This document shows positions 12,429-25,959 of a DNA stretch of 64,000 nt, piece by piece. The notes beneath the pieces were generated by a model. The model made no database searches, had not been told where the DNA came from, and was given only the letters and a program-made list of their open reading frames with translations. The stretch's first letter is position 1, and each line of letters begins with the position of its first letter. The DNA is from Octopus sinensis (taxonomy: Eukaryota), in contig NC_042998.1 in assembly GCF_006345805.1 (NCBI RefSeq), forward strand, positions 92,504,001 through 92,568,000, written 5' to 3'. Position numbers and translations under genes: made by a program.

Positions 12429-12905
12429 TTAACCCTTAGCATTTAATCTAACCCCTTATCTGGCCAAAATATTCTATTTTATTTTCAAAATGGCCAGTTT
12501 CTCACACTTATCCTACATCATCGTCATCATTTAATGTCTGCTGTTTATGCTAGCATGGCATGGATGGTTTGATTAGGGTTGGTAAGCTGAGGGGCTGCAC
12601 CAGACTCCAGTCTAATTTGGCATGGTTTTTATGGCTGAATGTCCTTCTTAATGCCAACTACTCTGAGAGTGTAATGAGTGCATTTACATACTAGTTGCAT
12701 GACACCCCCACTATCAGTTGTCGTCCCTTATGCCCCTAGTATCTGCAATGACTATGATTTCACTTCAGCATTATTCTAAACATTATTCTAAAAATAAACA
12801 GGTCACTGAAATCTCAAAGCTACAAAGTAATGCATGACTAATTCAAAACAATGTGAATAAAAAAGCATTACATTTGACAGAGGAATCTGAATGCTAAAAG
12901 GCTAA
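12429..12905. mobile_element. piggyBac-type MITE interrupted by an RTE-tail SINE (12515-12765)
   Basis: Ends TTAAcccttagcatt ... aatgctaaaaggCTAA (TIRs with TTAA-like target). A second copy lies at 34295-34510. Confidence 0.75.
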
Positions 12906-13159
12906 TATCTTGCCAAGTGCAAAATAATAGTGTACAAACACCATACTGGATTTATCACGGATTACACTAGTCTTAACTGGGTCACTGATGCCTTTACATA
13001 CAAAAGATTACTATAAAAAACATGAAGGAGTGCTGTTCACGTCTCCACAAGCTGCACAAAAGCAACACTTATAGACCTAAGAACTTGTTTGTTGTTGATG
13101 TGTATTGGCAAGAACTGTGAAATAGGCTTTCACACAGTCCTTGGCAATACATTTTCAAT

Positions 13160-13490
13160 CACTGGTAACACATCTGCAATTTCCATTGATCGATTTCGAT
13201 TCTGATCCTCACTTGCCTCAACAGGTCTTCACAAGCAGAGTTTCGACATGCCACCGGCACTGGTAACACATCTGCAATTTCCATTGATCGATTTCGATTC
13301 TGATCCTCACTTGCCTCAACAGGTCTTCACAAGTAGAGTTTTGTGTCCCAAGAAGGGAAGGTATGCATACGTAGCCTGGCTCCATCCCATGTAGAAGGCC
13401 ACGGGTTATGGACTCACTTGTCCTGCCGGGTCTTCTCGCGCACAGCACACTTCCAGAGGTCTCGGTCTCTAGTCATTTCCTCAGTGATGT
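13160..13490 (-). mobile_element. RTE LINE fragment (ORF end/3' UTR) with an internal 84-bp direct duplication
   Basis: Matches 30660-30850 (cacttgcctcaacaggtcttc...ttctcgcgcacagcac). 13160-13243 is repeated at 13258-13341 with one mismatch. Confidence 0.85.
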
Positions 13491-13819
13491 TTACAAAACA
13501 ATTCAGAACTATATCATTCGAATCATCATAAAAGTATTCACACACAGAAACAGAAGCAACTTAAAATACCTCATTGGCTCCAGAAATATGTGTAGAGAAA
13601 CATTGACACTTACAGCCCACTATGCCTATCTCTATTGTGACTACCACCACAAACTAGGGGCATAAGGGACGACAACTGACAGTGGGGGTGGGGTGAAACA
13701 ACTTTGTCATACTCCTTGAAGGATTTAGTTGAACAAATTGACCAATGTACTTATTCTATTGATCTCTTTTTGCCAAACCACTCTGTTACAGGGATGTTGA
13801 CAAATGCAAACACTCGCAG

Positions 13820-13888
<69 letters not shown>

Positions 13889-13893
<5 letters not shown>

Positions 13894-14243
13894 GTGTGGC
13901 TGTGTGGTAAGAAGTTTACTTCCCAGTCTCATAGCTCCAGGTTGAGTCCCACTGCATGGCACCTTGGGCAAGTGTCTTCGACTATAGCTGCGGGCCAACC
14001 AAAGCCTTGTGAGTGGATTTGGTAGATGGAAACTGAAAGAAGCCTGTCGTATATATGTGTGTGTATTATCTACCCCCGCAAGATAGCTAGACAACCAGTG
14101 TTGGAGTGTTTACATCTCAGTAACTTAGCAGTTTGGCATAATAAGTACAAAGCTTAAAAAATAAGTCCTGGGGTTCATTTGTTCAACTAAAACCCTCCAT
14201 GGCCACAGTAAAATGACTGAAACAAGTAAAAGAATAACAGAAT
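13889..14243 (+). mobile_element. Family A SINE, preceded by long (TG)n and an inverted partial tail (13700-13820)
   Basis: Head, CORE-like body and tail as at 2909-3314. Confidence 0.85.
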
Positions 14244-15181
14244 ATATAAAAAAAACAGCTTTGTCATACTATTACACTGCACTCTATATGGTAAATCAAC
14301 TTCAGGGGGCACAATATGGTTCTCGACTCAGATTATGCTAAATCTGGTTCTACTAAGCCCCCAGAGAAAGCCAAAGCTTGATAGGTTTCTTTCAGTTTCA
14401 GTCTACCAAATCCAAGGTGCTATATTGTGAAACTGAGACTCAGAACCAAGTGGTTGAAAAGCAAATGTATACATGTGTTTGTTTACATCTGTACTCAAGG
14501 ACAAGTCACCGAATGCAAAGCTGCCGTCATTTCTGTCAATAACTTGTTTGTTCAGTATATGCGTTCATAGACATGTGAAATAAAAGGAAGGTTAGCTACA
14601 GGAATGGCTGTAAAACTATGTCTCAGTAATATATCCGTCTAATCCATGCAAGCATGGAAAAGCATGTAAAACAAAACAAACGAATCATGCCTTGCTGCAT
14701 AACCAACAAGTGCTAAAGTCAGTTATCATTGTAATTGTTACTGGCACTTCAGTGACATTAGCAGAATAGGCAGAAAAGAAAAAAATATTCAAGTCCAGTT
14801 GGGTACCAAAATATAATTTATAAGCTTGAAAAAAATATTCTATTTTCATGAGCGTGTGCTTACATATCATAAACATGTTTTTGTTTACAAATATAGTAAA
14901 CTGTAACCTTGATAATGTGTGCCATTGTGATCAATGCTGGAGTGGTTTGGCAGTGAGTCAGTGTTGCATAATGACTTTCATTCAATTACGTTTGAGCATG
15001 AACTGTGAAGTGTCCCCCTACGTCACTGCCATAAAATACAAATGACACGATTGTAGAGTAAATTAGAGATATGAACATCAACATCTCTAGCAAATCAGAA
15101 ACAAAAGAAAACTGGAAACTAATTTCAGTGTTTTGATGATTTGGAAGTTTTTCTTGTGAAGAAGAACCAGTGCAGAGTTAT

Positions 15182-15598
15182 ATCTTATATCTTTTATTCT
15201 TTAACTTGTTTCAGTCTTTAAACTGTGACCATGTTGGAGCACCATCTTGAAGAACTTTTAGTCAAGCAAATCAACCCCAGTACTTATAATTTTTTTTTTT
15301 TAAGCCTGGTACTTCTATTGGTATCTTTTGCCAAACTGCTAAGTTATGGGGATGTAAACATACCAATACCAGTTGTTAAGTGGTGGTGGTGGGACAAACA
15401 AATACAGACAGACAGACACACACACATATAGATACAATGGGCTTCTTTCAGTTTCCATGTACTAAATCCACTCATAAGGCTTTGGTTGACCCAAGGCTAC
15501 AGCAAAAGACACTTGTCCAAGGTGCCACGCAGTGGGACTGAGCCTAGAACAATGTGATTGGAAAGCAAATTTCATAACACACAGCCAGTCTGTGCCTA
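15182..15598 (-). mobile_element. Family A SINE
   Basis: Full reverse-strand copy. Confidence 0.85.
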
Positions 15599-17349
15599 TA
15601 ATGTAATTTTACGTAATTTTTTCTTCTTCAATACTTTCTATATGTATATGATATCAAGTGCTTTTTCATTGTATTAAATCTAATTAGTTTGTATTCTTGA
15701 TATTGGACTGCTTTAACTAGGCCTCCTTTCCTCTTGATAGAAACACAGATTTCCACAAGGCCTTTTTTGTAATATCTCCTTTGTGGTGTTACTTGTTTTT
15801 ATTACTTTGTACATATGAAGGGACAGGCATGAATCAACTAGAGTTCAAAATGTAGGATTCCACAAAGAAAATGTAGCTTGTATTCTGATGTCAAGGACAT
15901 CAGATGTTTCCAGAAGAACATATATTTTGCCATTCAAATAAATGCAAATAAGAATAGAACAAAAGTAAGGAATGGTGATAAAATAAGACTAAGAAACGAT
16001 CTGTGTTAAAGTAGATTGAGCATGATGAGAAGGATGGATGTGAAAGCCATCATTAGTATGGTATGTTCAGGCTATTTGATGTTGATGGTAATGACCCCTT
16101 AGAGGTGTTGTTGCTCCTGGAAACAAATGAAGCAAGATTTATAGAAAGAAAAAGAAGTTGACATCAATAACCTTACATCCTTTTTGCAAAGAAATGCCTT
16201 TTTCAACCCAATTGTCAGAAGTTTGTAATATTAACAGCCTTCTACCTTAATTAACATAAATTATTCAACTGACCTGAAAAATTACCATTATATTAACACA
16301 GAGTCGATGAATCATTAGATAAAATATATATTTCATCAGCAGCACGTCAAAAATTTACAAGCATCCATTGTTTGGGGAAACATTGAAATTATTGATCAGG
16401 AGTGTGTACCCAACCAATTTAAGACAAATTAAGGTTTTCCTCACATATGTTGCATGAAAATCTGAAATAAAGCATGTAAATGACACATGAACTCTGGCCT
16501 AATATTTTGTAGCATGCTCTGACTAACATCTATTCCATCTCTCATGGCCAATCACTGCATAACAGTATTTTTAAATTTCTATTTTTATTTTTATTTTTTT
16601 ACTGTTTAAGTAAAAGAGGGAAGAGCAGCACTCATAACCCTTCACTGTTTAAAAAGAAAAAAAAAACCCAAGTCTCAAATGCTTACAATAAAGTGAAGTC
16701 TACTGAAGGCACCCAAGGACCAGTTGATAGTGTTGAACAGAGTAATAGGTTGATTTTAACCACCAAAGAGCTCAGAATGTAAAGAGAACAACCCCCACAA
16801 AATAGCTAATCATCTAAACCATTCTAATTCCACTGACACAGAATGACACTTTATTTCATCAACCTGAAAACAAAAGTAAAGTTGATCTTGGTAGAATTTA
16901 AGAGAATCATAAACTCCATAAGCTACTTGTCTTGACTCTCTGCACTACAAAAAGAGAGAGAGAGAGTGTGTGTGAGTGTGTGTGCAACTCCATGTATGTG
17001 TATTTACTCATTCACCAATTTCACTCAATGCCTCAAGGCATTTTAGCATCATTGCAGATTTTATCTTTATGTTGCATATGTAAAAACAAGTCAGTTTGAT
17101 TAAAGTTTATCATTCTCCAACACTGCAAATAAACACAACAATTCATTTTATTGCGCTGCTTATAAACAAGAGGTTATTACTACCCCATGATACATATTTC
17201 CGGATAAGTTGAATTAGCCTAATGAGATTACAGTGTGATTTAGCCATAGATCCTGTACAGTTCTGGTGACAAGAGAGGAACTTCCAACCTTTCAGATGGT
17301 TATTCTTTAACCTAGCAGCTTCACCATCAGTACACTCCCATGTTTATAA

Positions 17350-18630
17350 CTATCATCGTCATCATCATCATAGTTTAAGTTCACTTTTTAATGCTTGGAT
17401 AGGTTAACATGGAATTTGTCGAGGCAGATTTTCTTAAGCTGGACACCTTTCCTGTCACCAGCACTCACCTGTTTCCAACAAAGGTAATATTTTCTCCCAG
17501 CTAAGTATATTTTTCATGGGAAACTGGAAACGGAAAACCTCATTTGTATGACAATGATGTTCAATTGCAATCACCATATATGATGTCTGGACAAACACAT
17601 ACATACACACATATACAGGTCGTGATGAGTAAATTGTAGCCATTTTATATTTTTAATTTCATACATGCACATTATTTGCATTTGATTTGTCAAATACACA
17701 GTATAGTAGGGTCAGTTAGGCACTGTCAGGGAGAAAAACAGCACTGTGACACAATTCACTCTGCCAGAAATTTGAAAATGACATGCTGTATTACTTGGCA
17801 TTTGTGCTGGAAGCACCAATACAAACAGATAGTGAACACACAGAACAACCGTTGGCTTGCCATATCTCCAAAACATACTTAAAGTGATAAAAATCAAACA
17901 TCCAGTCAACATCATGGTGTTTGGAGAGATCACTAGTGATGGTGGCATCATGCCTCCATTCATCTTTCTACACAACCTCAGACTCAACATAGAGGCCTAT
18001 ATCAAGTGCTTGGAGGAAGCAGTGCTGCCAGAAGACCCTATGTCTGGCAACAGGACTCTGCACCATGCCATACAAGCAGAGAACCCAGTCATGGCTGTCA
18101 GACATTTTCTGCAACCACATCACTCCTAACAGCTGGCCACCTAACTCCCCAGACTGCAACACCCTTGATTATTATGTCTGGGGCGCAGTTGAGCGAGAGA
18201 CTAACAAAACTCCTTGTAACACCAAAGATGAACTGAAGGCAAGGATTATGACAGCATTCACCAACTTAAACAAGGAGATTGTCCAGAAGACTTGCAGTAG
18301 ATTCCAAAGTCGTCTGGAGGTTGTGGTTGAAGTCAATGGCGATTTTATTGAATAAATTTACTCTTCAGTTTTTCAAGACATTTTTATGTAATTTTGGTAA
18401 ATATATATGTTAAAATGAGATGTCAGTGTTATTTTCATTGTTGTGTAATTTACACAACAATATATTCACCGCACCCTGTATACACACACACACATGATGG
18501 GCCTCTTTCAGTTTCTATCTTCAAAATTCTCTCACAAGGTCTTGATCGACCTGAGCTATAGTAAAACATACTTATCCATGGTGTCACACAAGACCACGTG
18601 CTGGGGAAGCAAGTGTCTTATATACCATTC
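17350..18630 (-). mobile_element. Family C SINE split by a mariner-type insertion
   Basis: Tail at 17350-17613 and head at 18481-18630 flank the transposon at a TA within the SINE's (CA/TA)n. Confidence 0.7.
17616..18478 (+). mobile_element. Internally deleted Tc1/mariner transposon, DD37D (maT-type) transposase pseudogene
   Basis: Imperfect TIRs caggtcgtgatgagtaaattgt / acaatatattcaccgcaccctg with TA on both sides. Frameshifted ORFs read KHPVNIMVFG...SDGGIMPPFIF, VWQQDSAPCH, WPPNSPDCNTLDYYVW, with 37 residues between the second and third catalytic D after a 1-nt repair. Confidence 0.92.
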
Positions 18631-19478
18631 ACAGAAAAAAATATTTGTCAAAGCATTAAATATTGGAATTTTAAATATGTTAGCATTTCTATTTATAGGG
18701 ATTTATGCAAAAATAGAATACAAACATTTACCAACATTGGTAGCATTTTGCAGTGGTGTTATGTGTGAAATTAAACTGAGAATTGCTCTATTATATTTAT
18801 AACACAGTTATATCACTTTTCCAGATTGTTCTAAAATGGGGGAAAATGTGATACGACTGCTTCAAAGAAATAGTATTTATAAACACATTTTATTTGCCAA
18901 GTAGCAAAGAGAATTTTTATATTTTGGGGAACATATAGCATTTTTATACTCCCTAAGGGAAGCACGCATGTACAACAATTGGTACATGGAGTGTGTTGAT
19001 TTGTATGGATTTTTATGTTTTTAAAGATAGCAGTGATGAAATTCAGAGAACAAGCAGTTCTAGTCACATTCATGATGGATAGCTTTTTTTAATATAATAG
19101 TTTTTAAACCAATATTAGTTTCTTTATTTTGGATAATTTTTTCCTGTGTGTATTCAGAGTATTTTTAATCTTCTATATGCTTTAATCATTTTTATTATAA
19201 TAAAATGTTGTGTGTGAAACCTAAGGTATTAGTTGTGTGTGTGCATGTTTGATACAGAAGCTGCTTGACAAAAGAGCTGCAAGATTATTTAATTCAAAAC
19301 AAGATTATTATCACTCAAGTGAAAAAAACTTCATGGTAGTGCACTTTCCCGTACCACAGCATCCAATAATGTATTAGCTTCAAAAACCTTTTCATCTAAA
19401 AAGGCACTAAAAAATTTTTTTCTTCCTTTCATCTGAACTGAGACACAGAAAAACATTAATTTCTACTACTGATGGGAC

Positions 19479-19760
19479 TCATCATCATTGTTTTAATGTA
19501 CACTTTCCCATGCTTGCATGGGTCGGACAGAATTAATTGAAGTCAATTGTTTGTCTGGTTGCCCTTTCTGTCAGAAAGATTGGAAACAAACAACATTAGT
19601 TGTATGATGAGGATGATTGTCTACAACCATTGCATGATGTCAAGACAGGACTACACACATATAATCATGCATATATGTGTGTTACGGCACAGTGGGACTG
19701 AACCTGAGGCCACATCGTTGGAAAGTAAGTTTCTTAATCACACAACTATGCCTACACCTA
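19479..19760 (-). mobile_element. Family C SINE, degenerate
   Basis: catcatcattg...ccatgcttgcatgggtcggac tail and cagtgggactgaacc head. Confidence 0.7.
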
Positions 19761-20127
19761 CATATATACCAGCATCAGTTTGCACTTATAATTTAGCAAT
19801 ATAATTAAGTATATTTCATGACTATCATAATTAACAGATTTATTACTGTGCTGTGGTGTAATTTATATTATCATTGTTGTTTAGTTTGTATTAATTATTG
19901 TTATTGATTTCTGCTGTTCCTGCAACATTGTCTATAATTTATTTTCCGTGCATTTGTATAAAATGGCCATAAATTTAATTGAACTGAGTTTGTTTAGTAT
20001 ATTTTAAGGTATATAATACTGTCTTGTATTGCTTGGAAATAACAGTGGATTGGTTCGTGCAAAACTTCTATGACATTGATTAGTTATGTCTTGTAGCAAT
20101 GAGCTGCGATTATTATTATAAAGATTA

Positions 20128-20340
20128 AGGCAGTGATCTGGTTGAATCGTTAGCACAGAGGGTAAAATGCTTAGTGGCAGTTTGTCTATCTTTACATTCA
20201 AATTCCACCATAGTTGACTTTGCTTTTAATCCTTTCAGGAATGATAAAATAGGTACCAGCTGAGCACAGGGGTCGATGTAACTGACGTAACCCCTCCCTT
20301 AAAGTCTCAGGCTTTGTGCTTATAATAGAAAGGATTATTA
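20128..20340 (+). mobile_element. Family B (Nin-like) SINE
   Basis: ggcagtgatctggttgaatcgttagcac...gactttgcttttaatcctttc...agaaaggattattat. Confidence 0.8.
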
Positions 20341-20344
20341 TCAT

Positions 20345-20650
20345 TATTTCACTTCTCAGAGTGCTTGGTCTTAGCTGCTCTCGTTAATTCTGTGAGAGTG
20401 GACAGCAACCTGTTGTCAGACTTCTCACAGGGTCTCTTTCTGCAAATTATAAGCTTTGGCACTTGTATGTTAACTATCATGGAAGATACTCAGCACCTAA
20501 GCACCAATCTCAAAATCCTAGCAGTCCCCAACAGAGCAGTTTTGGGGCCTGCTCTGCTCTCATGTCAATTCAATCAAATTTCTCTAACATGCTTCTTGAA
20601 CCTGGTTATTAGTGCTCCAAGTGCTCTTACAACTACTGAGATAACAGTTA
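20345..20650 (-). mobile_element. R4/Dong-clade LINE 3' end (restriction-like endonuclease C-terminus)
   Basis: Minus strand reads VTVISVVVRALGALITRFKKHV...KTALLGTARILRLVL, the characteristic R4/Dong C-terminus. Embedded in (TAA/ATT)n. Confidence 0.8.
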
Positions 20651-20669
20651 CTCTCATTATTATTACTAT

Positions 20670-21261
20670 TTCAGGTGGCAAGCTGGCAGAATTGCTAGCG
20701 TGCTGGGCAAAATGCTTAGTGGCATTTCATCTGTCTTTACGTTCTGAGTTCAAATTCCACCGAGGTCGACTTTACCATTCATCCTTTCGACTATCCCCCT
20801 CCCACAAATTTCAGGCCTTGTGCCCATAGTAGAAAGGATTATTATAATTATTATTATTATACTTTTATTAAGGCGGCAGGCTGACAGAATCAATAGTGAG
20901 TTAATGAAAACGCTTAGTGACACCTCTTCTGGCTCTTAACATTTCGAGCCTAAATTCCACTGAGATCCCTTGGGGTCAATAAAAAAAATATCAGTTAAAT
21001 ACTAAGATTGATGTAACTGACTTATTCCTTTCCCTAAAAATTACTAAACTTCAGCCAAAATTTGAAACTATTATTATTATTATTATTATGCTTAGCAGCA
21101 TTTCATCCATCTCTATGTTCTGAGTTCAAATGTTGCCAAAGTCGATTTTGCCTTTCATCCTTTTGGAATTGATAAAATAAGTACAAGCTATGCACTCAGG
21201 TTGATGTAATTAACTTCCCCCTCCCCTCAAAAACTGCTGGCTCTGTGCCAAAATTCGAAAC

Positions 21262-21300
<39 letters not shown>
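20670..21300 (+). mobile_element. Three tandem family B SINEs joined by (ATT)n
   Basis: Copies at ~20670-20845, 20870-21075 and 21090-21265, each ending in (ATT)n. Confidence 0.8.
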
Positions 21301-22109
21301 CCTTGTATAACCATCCACAGGATGTCATAAGGAGATTTTGAAGGGGTAAAGAGAGATAATGATTAACAGATAGTAAACAGCTGTTCTTATGATTCAACCC
21401 CCAGCCCAACCTTGATCAAGCAGAGTAATCAAATGTATTCCATCCATGACCAACCCACCTTTTTATATGAACTCCAATTGAGAATTGCACTATTATACTA
21501 ATAGTATGGATATAGTCTTATGTAGTGTTCCCTAAGAAACATATTTGGCCATGGGAAATATTGAGTTTGGATTCAAGTGAGGGTTGGTGACAGGAAGGGC
21601 ATCCAGTTAAAGAAAATTTGCCACAACAAATTCCATTTGAACCATGCAAGTATGGAAAACTCAACATTAAATAAAGATGATGCCCTTCCTGCTGCTAACT
21701 CTCATCTGTTTCTAAGCAAAGTAATATTTTTCATGGGCAGCTGTTATCACAGAAAGACAGAAGCAACTAAACAGAATAAAAGGAGACACATGGGATGGAG
21801 AATCACTCAAGAGGTCACAAGATGTGTAATGAAAGATTTCCAGATAAAGGACACTAAAATAAAAATAACAAAGCTGAAGTGAAGAACAAATATATACTGA
21901 GAGCCATTAATTGATAATAGAAAAAAAAAATGACCATCTCCAAATGTAAAAATATAAGTTTTATACACAAGCAAACTTTTATTCTCAGGTAGCAAATAGG
22001 ATTTTGATTTTTTACATGGCAACATAAGTATTAGTTGCTAGGATTGGGGTAACAGAGTATTTTTAGAGTTCCTTACTACATTGCTAATATATGTTTTTCG
22101 TTTTTTTGT

Positions 22110-22345
22110 TAGGGCGGCAAGCTGGTGGAATTGTTTGCACTCCGGGTGAAATGCTTAGTGGTATTTCGTCTGCTGTTATATTCTGAGTTCAAATTCTGCC
22201 GAGGTCGAATTTGCCTTTCATCCTTTCGGGGTCGATTAAATAAGTACCACCTATGCACTAGGGTCAATGTAATCGACTTAATTCCTTTGTCAATCCTTGT
22301 TTGTCCCCTTTATGTTTAGCCCCCTGTGGGCAATAAAGAAATAAA
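22110..22345 (+). mobile_element. Family B SINE (variant tail)
   Basis: gggcggcaagctggtggaattg...gttcaaattctgccgaggtcga...gcctttcatcctttcggggtcga; tail gcccctgtgggcaataaagaaat. Confidence 0.85.
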
Positions 22346-22515
22346 TGTATGTTTTTTGTTGCATCTTGAGAGAGTCAACAAATATTAAACACATGCATAG
22401 TTTCAACTCCACTTCTTTTATTATTATTATTATTAGTCAACTGATTAATCTTTTAAGCATTTAATTACTCAATTGTTTGATTAATCATCTGGTCAGTCGT
22501 TCAATCAGCTAAATT

Positions 22516-22560
22516 TGTCAAAAATCCCTTCATCACGATCCATGACCTCATCAAAAGCAC
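22516..22560 (-). ncRNA. Degenerate hammerhead-like motif, homologue of 6532-6574
   Basis: Minus strand reads TTGATGA-ggtcatg gat cgtgat-GAAG-ggattt-ttgaca. Stem II pairing is retained. Confidence 0.35.
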
Positions 22561-23218
22561 ATCCTCTCTACTTCAGATTTGGTTCAAGTCATGCAAACGA
22601 AATACGAAAGCAATGTCTCTTTCTTTACAATATATATAAAAAAAAATTAAAAAAGTTAGTGTGTGATTCGAGGGCACAGGAATTCTAAGAGGCTCTTTGA
22701 AATGCAGTACATAAAATCTTATGAATTGAGCCCTAATAACTAAAATGATCAAAAACCTTTTGTCATCATACACACAATTAATTTTAAAATAATGAAGATT
22801 TGAAGTGGGATTTAGTGAAGTAACAAAATTTTTCATTATTGAGCTGCTGCATAAACCATAACAAGAGGTTATTACATTAATTATGATGGAAGGTTTTAAT
22901 TTCAAAGAAAACACTCTAAAGTGAGAACTTTTTGTATTGTAGAACTAAAGGTGGTGTCAGAAAGATTGGTACCAAAAGGGTAAAAACAAGATATTAAAGG
23001 TTAATAATCATTTTTTTTTTTTTTTCAAATTCTGATTTTAGAATTTTATGCAAGTAATTGTAATTATGATCTTGGGAGACAGAAAAGAAAACAATGAGAA
23101 GCAAAGGTGAGAGGAAGACAGAGGATAATATCCTAAAATTCAGATAATTCTTGATAATGGTTAGAGCATTTGGAAAGAAAAAAAGCTACAAGAAAAACAT
23201 TACAAAATGTGATATAGT

Positions 23219-23388
23219 TGCAGGAGTGGCTAGGTGGTAAGAAGCTTGCTTTCCAACCACATGTTTCTGGGTTCAGTCCCACTGCGTGGCACTTACGGCA
23301 AGTGTCTTCAACTATAGCTTTGGGCTGACCAAAGCCTAGTGAGTGTATATGGTAGATGGGAACTGAAAGAAGCCTATAATATATACAC

Positions 23389-23422
<34 letters not shown>

Positions 23423-23637
23423 CTTTTTGTTTGTGTTTGTCCTCTACCACTGCTTGACAACCAGTGCTGGTGTGTTTACATCCCAATAACTTAGCAGTTT
23501 AGCAAAAGACACTGATAGAATAAGTACCAAACATAAAAAAATAAAAGTAGTAGGGTTGATTCATTCTACCAAAATTCTTCAAGATTGCCCCAGAATGGTC
23601 ATAGCCTAATGACCGAAACAAGTAAAAGATAAAAGAT
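23219..23637 (+). mobile_element. Family A SINE
   Basis: Full copy with internal (TG)n. Confidence 0.85.
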
Positions 23638-24611
23638 ATGTTGACATTGCAATATTGTGTTTGGTATCACTCACAAAAATGTGGGTGTCTCGTTATCTTT
23701 ATAGTGTTTGGGGTAATAACTAAAATATAATTACTAGCTTCGGGAGTTTGTAGGCTTGGTTGTGTGGTAAAGAAGATTGCCTTGTAACCATGTGAGCTTG
23801 TCATCATCGTCATCATTTAGTGATGATGGGTTTCTTTCAGTTTAGTGTGTGTGCGTGCATGCGTGTTTGCATGTGCACACGAGTTTTAGCTATTAATACT
23901 CTATCACTTCATAATTAATCTTAATTACTTAATCCAGTACTTTCATTGCTAAATTCATATAGTCAATAGTTTTGAAACAAGTGTCTTCAGTCACATGATT
24001 TAGAGCATCCTTATGTGTGACATCATTAAAAAATATGTTAATCTTAAAATTTTGGGGGCCTTTCTTCTTGTTGTTGCTTTGATTTAAACTTATTTGGGAG
24101 TGTGGAACAAGATGTAACACCAAGCTTCACAGGTTACCTAAATTCGTTAGACAATAGCAATAACAACATTAAACAAGCACATGCTGGTTGTGCACACAAG
24201 AGATAGTGTCAATGAGTGCTGTGTTATCATGAGAAAATCTCAACATTTTTTCACAGACAATATTTGTTTAGGAATTCTTAAAGAAACATTAGCAATTGGC
24301 TGGATGAGTGTGCTGCATGCAAGAACTGGAATATAGAAGCATATAGGAAGAATACTCACAAAAAATGAAGTGCACATATTAAAACTATATAATGCACTAT
24401 CATACAACACATACACAAACACACACATATCATCATCATGTAATGTCTGGCTTCTATGCTGGTATGAGCTGGATGGTTTGACTGACAGGACTGTGTTATG
24501 CACCAATGTCTATTTTGGCTGGGTTTCTACAACTGGATTTCCCTCATAATGCCAACCAATTTACACAGTGAACTGGTTGCTTCTTTTCTGTCACCTGTAC
24601 TAGTGAATATT

Positions 24612-24830
24612 CTTTTCTACTCTAGGCTAGGCACGAAGCTCAAAATTTTGGGGGAGAGGGCCAGTCAATTAGATCGACCTCAGTATGCAACTGGTACTTA
24701 ATTTATCAACCCCTAAAAGGATGAAAGGCAAAGTCGACCTCAGTGGAATTTGAACTCAGAATGTAAAGACAGACAAAATACCACTAAGCATTTCGCCTGG
24801 TATGCTAACGTTTCTACCAGTTTGCTGCCT
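24612..24830 (-). mobile_element. Family B SINE with perfect 17-bp target-site duplication
   Basis: ctgtactagtgaatatt at 24595-24611 and 24831-24847. Inserted into an older RTE-tail repeat. Confidence 0.92.
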
Positions 24831-24968
24831 CTGTACTAGTGAATATTGCTCAGTAACTTGCAAGGCTAACTTCCTAAAATGGCCCCTATAACTGAGGGTC
24901 ACTTTAGGACCTTAGCATTGCAAGTTATGAAACAACCATCACTAGTTCTGGTGACCTATTTATCAACA

Positions 24969-25240
24969 CATCATCATCATTATTTAATGTCCGTTGTCCA
25001 TGCTGGCATGGGTTAGACGATTTGACTGGAACTGGTAAGCTGGAGAGCTGTACCACATTCCAGTCTCATCTGGCATGGTTTCTATGACTGGATGCCCTTC
25101 CTAACGCCAACCACTCAAAGAGTGTAATGAGTGACTTTTATGTGCCATCAGTACAGGTGCTTTTACGTGTCACCAGCATGGCTGCTTCTACATGTCACAG
25201 GTACAGGTGCTTTTACATGTCACCAACATAGTTTCTGCAT
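24969..25240 (-). mobile_element. RTE 3' tail fragment
   Basis: catcatcatc...ccatgctggcatgggttagacg...ggatgcccttcctaacgccaacc plus short ggtgcttttacgtg repeats. Confidence 0.8.
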
Positions 25241-25959
25241 TGACCTCCAGATAAGAGTGGAGGGAACCCTGTCAAAGTTTTTCTTCATGTCAACAAAAGC
25301 CAAGTACAGAGGTTTATTTTTGGCTAAGTACTGCTCCTGCAGCTACCTTGCCAGGAATATATATATATATATATATATATCTCTTGGGGATTCCTCACAG
25401 AAGCCCTGCAAAGATCTGCTTGTAACTGAGTCATTCATGTTTACATCTAAGTGATATTTTTGCCAACTTGTATGCAAAATCTCTATTCAAAAGATTTGAG
25501 TGACTCCATTTAAATCTATATACTTAAAATTTGTTTGAAACATTGATTAATTGATTCTCTGCAAGATATCTTCTTATATCCCTTCCATGATTGCTGAATT
25601 TACACACTATACTGAATCTTTGTCAGAAACCTTTAAAAGTTGAATAGTTAGCAAAAGGAAGATGTACAAGTTTACCCAAAATTTATGACAGTGACTATAT
25701 CACTTCAAATTTCAGATATGGCGCTTTACTAGATTTGAATTTTTACCTTTAAAATATTTTAAAGTTTATTTGTCACATTGTTTGTAACTGTTATCAAGCA
25801 CAGTTATCTACAGAAAATGAGTTGAAGGCAAAATGATAACAAAGAGATAAAATATAACAGATATACTTAGTGTATGAAGGAATAATATTGCATAAATTAT
25901 TAGTAGTCAATTGGTCAGTATTTTTAGTATTCAAAAGTGAAATTAGTAAAGTTTCACGT

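Noticed and set aside
18815-19082. Two possible + strand terminal exons after polypyrimidine-AG sites
   Set aside because: Short unrecognisable peptides and no upstream partner exons found.
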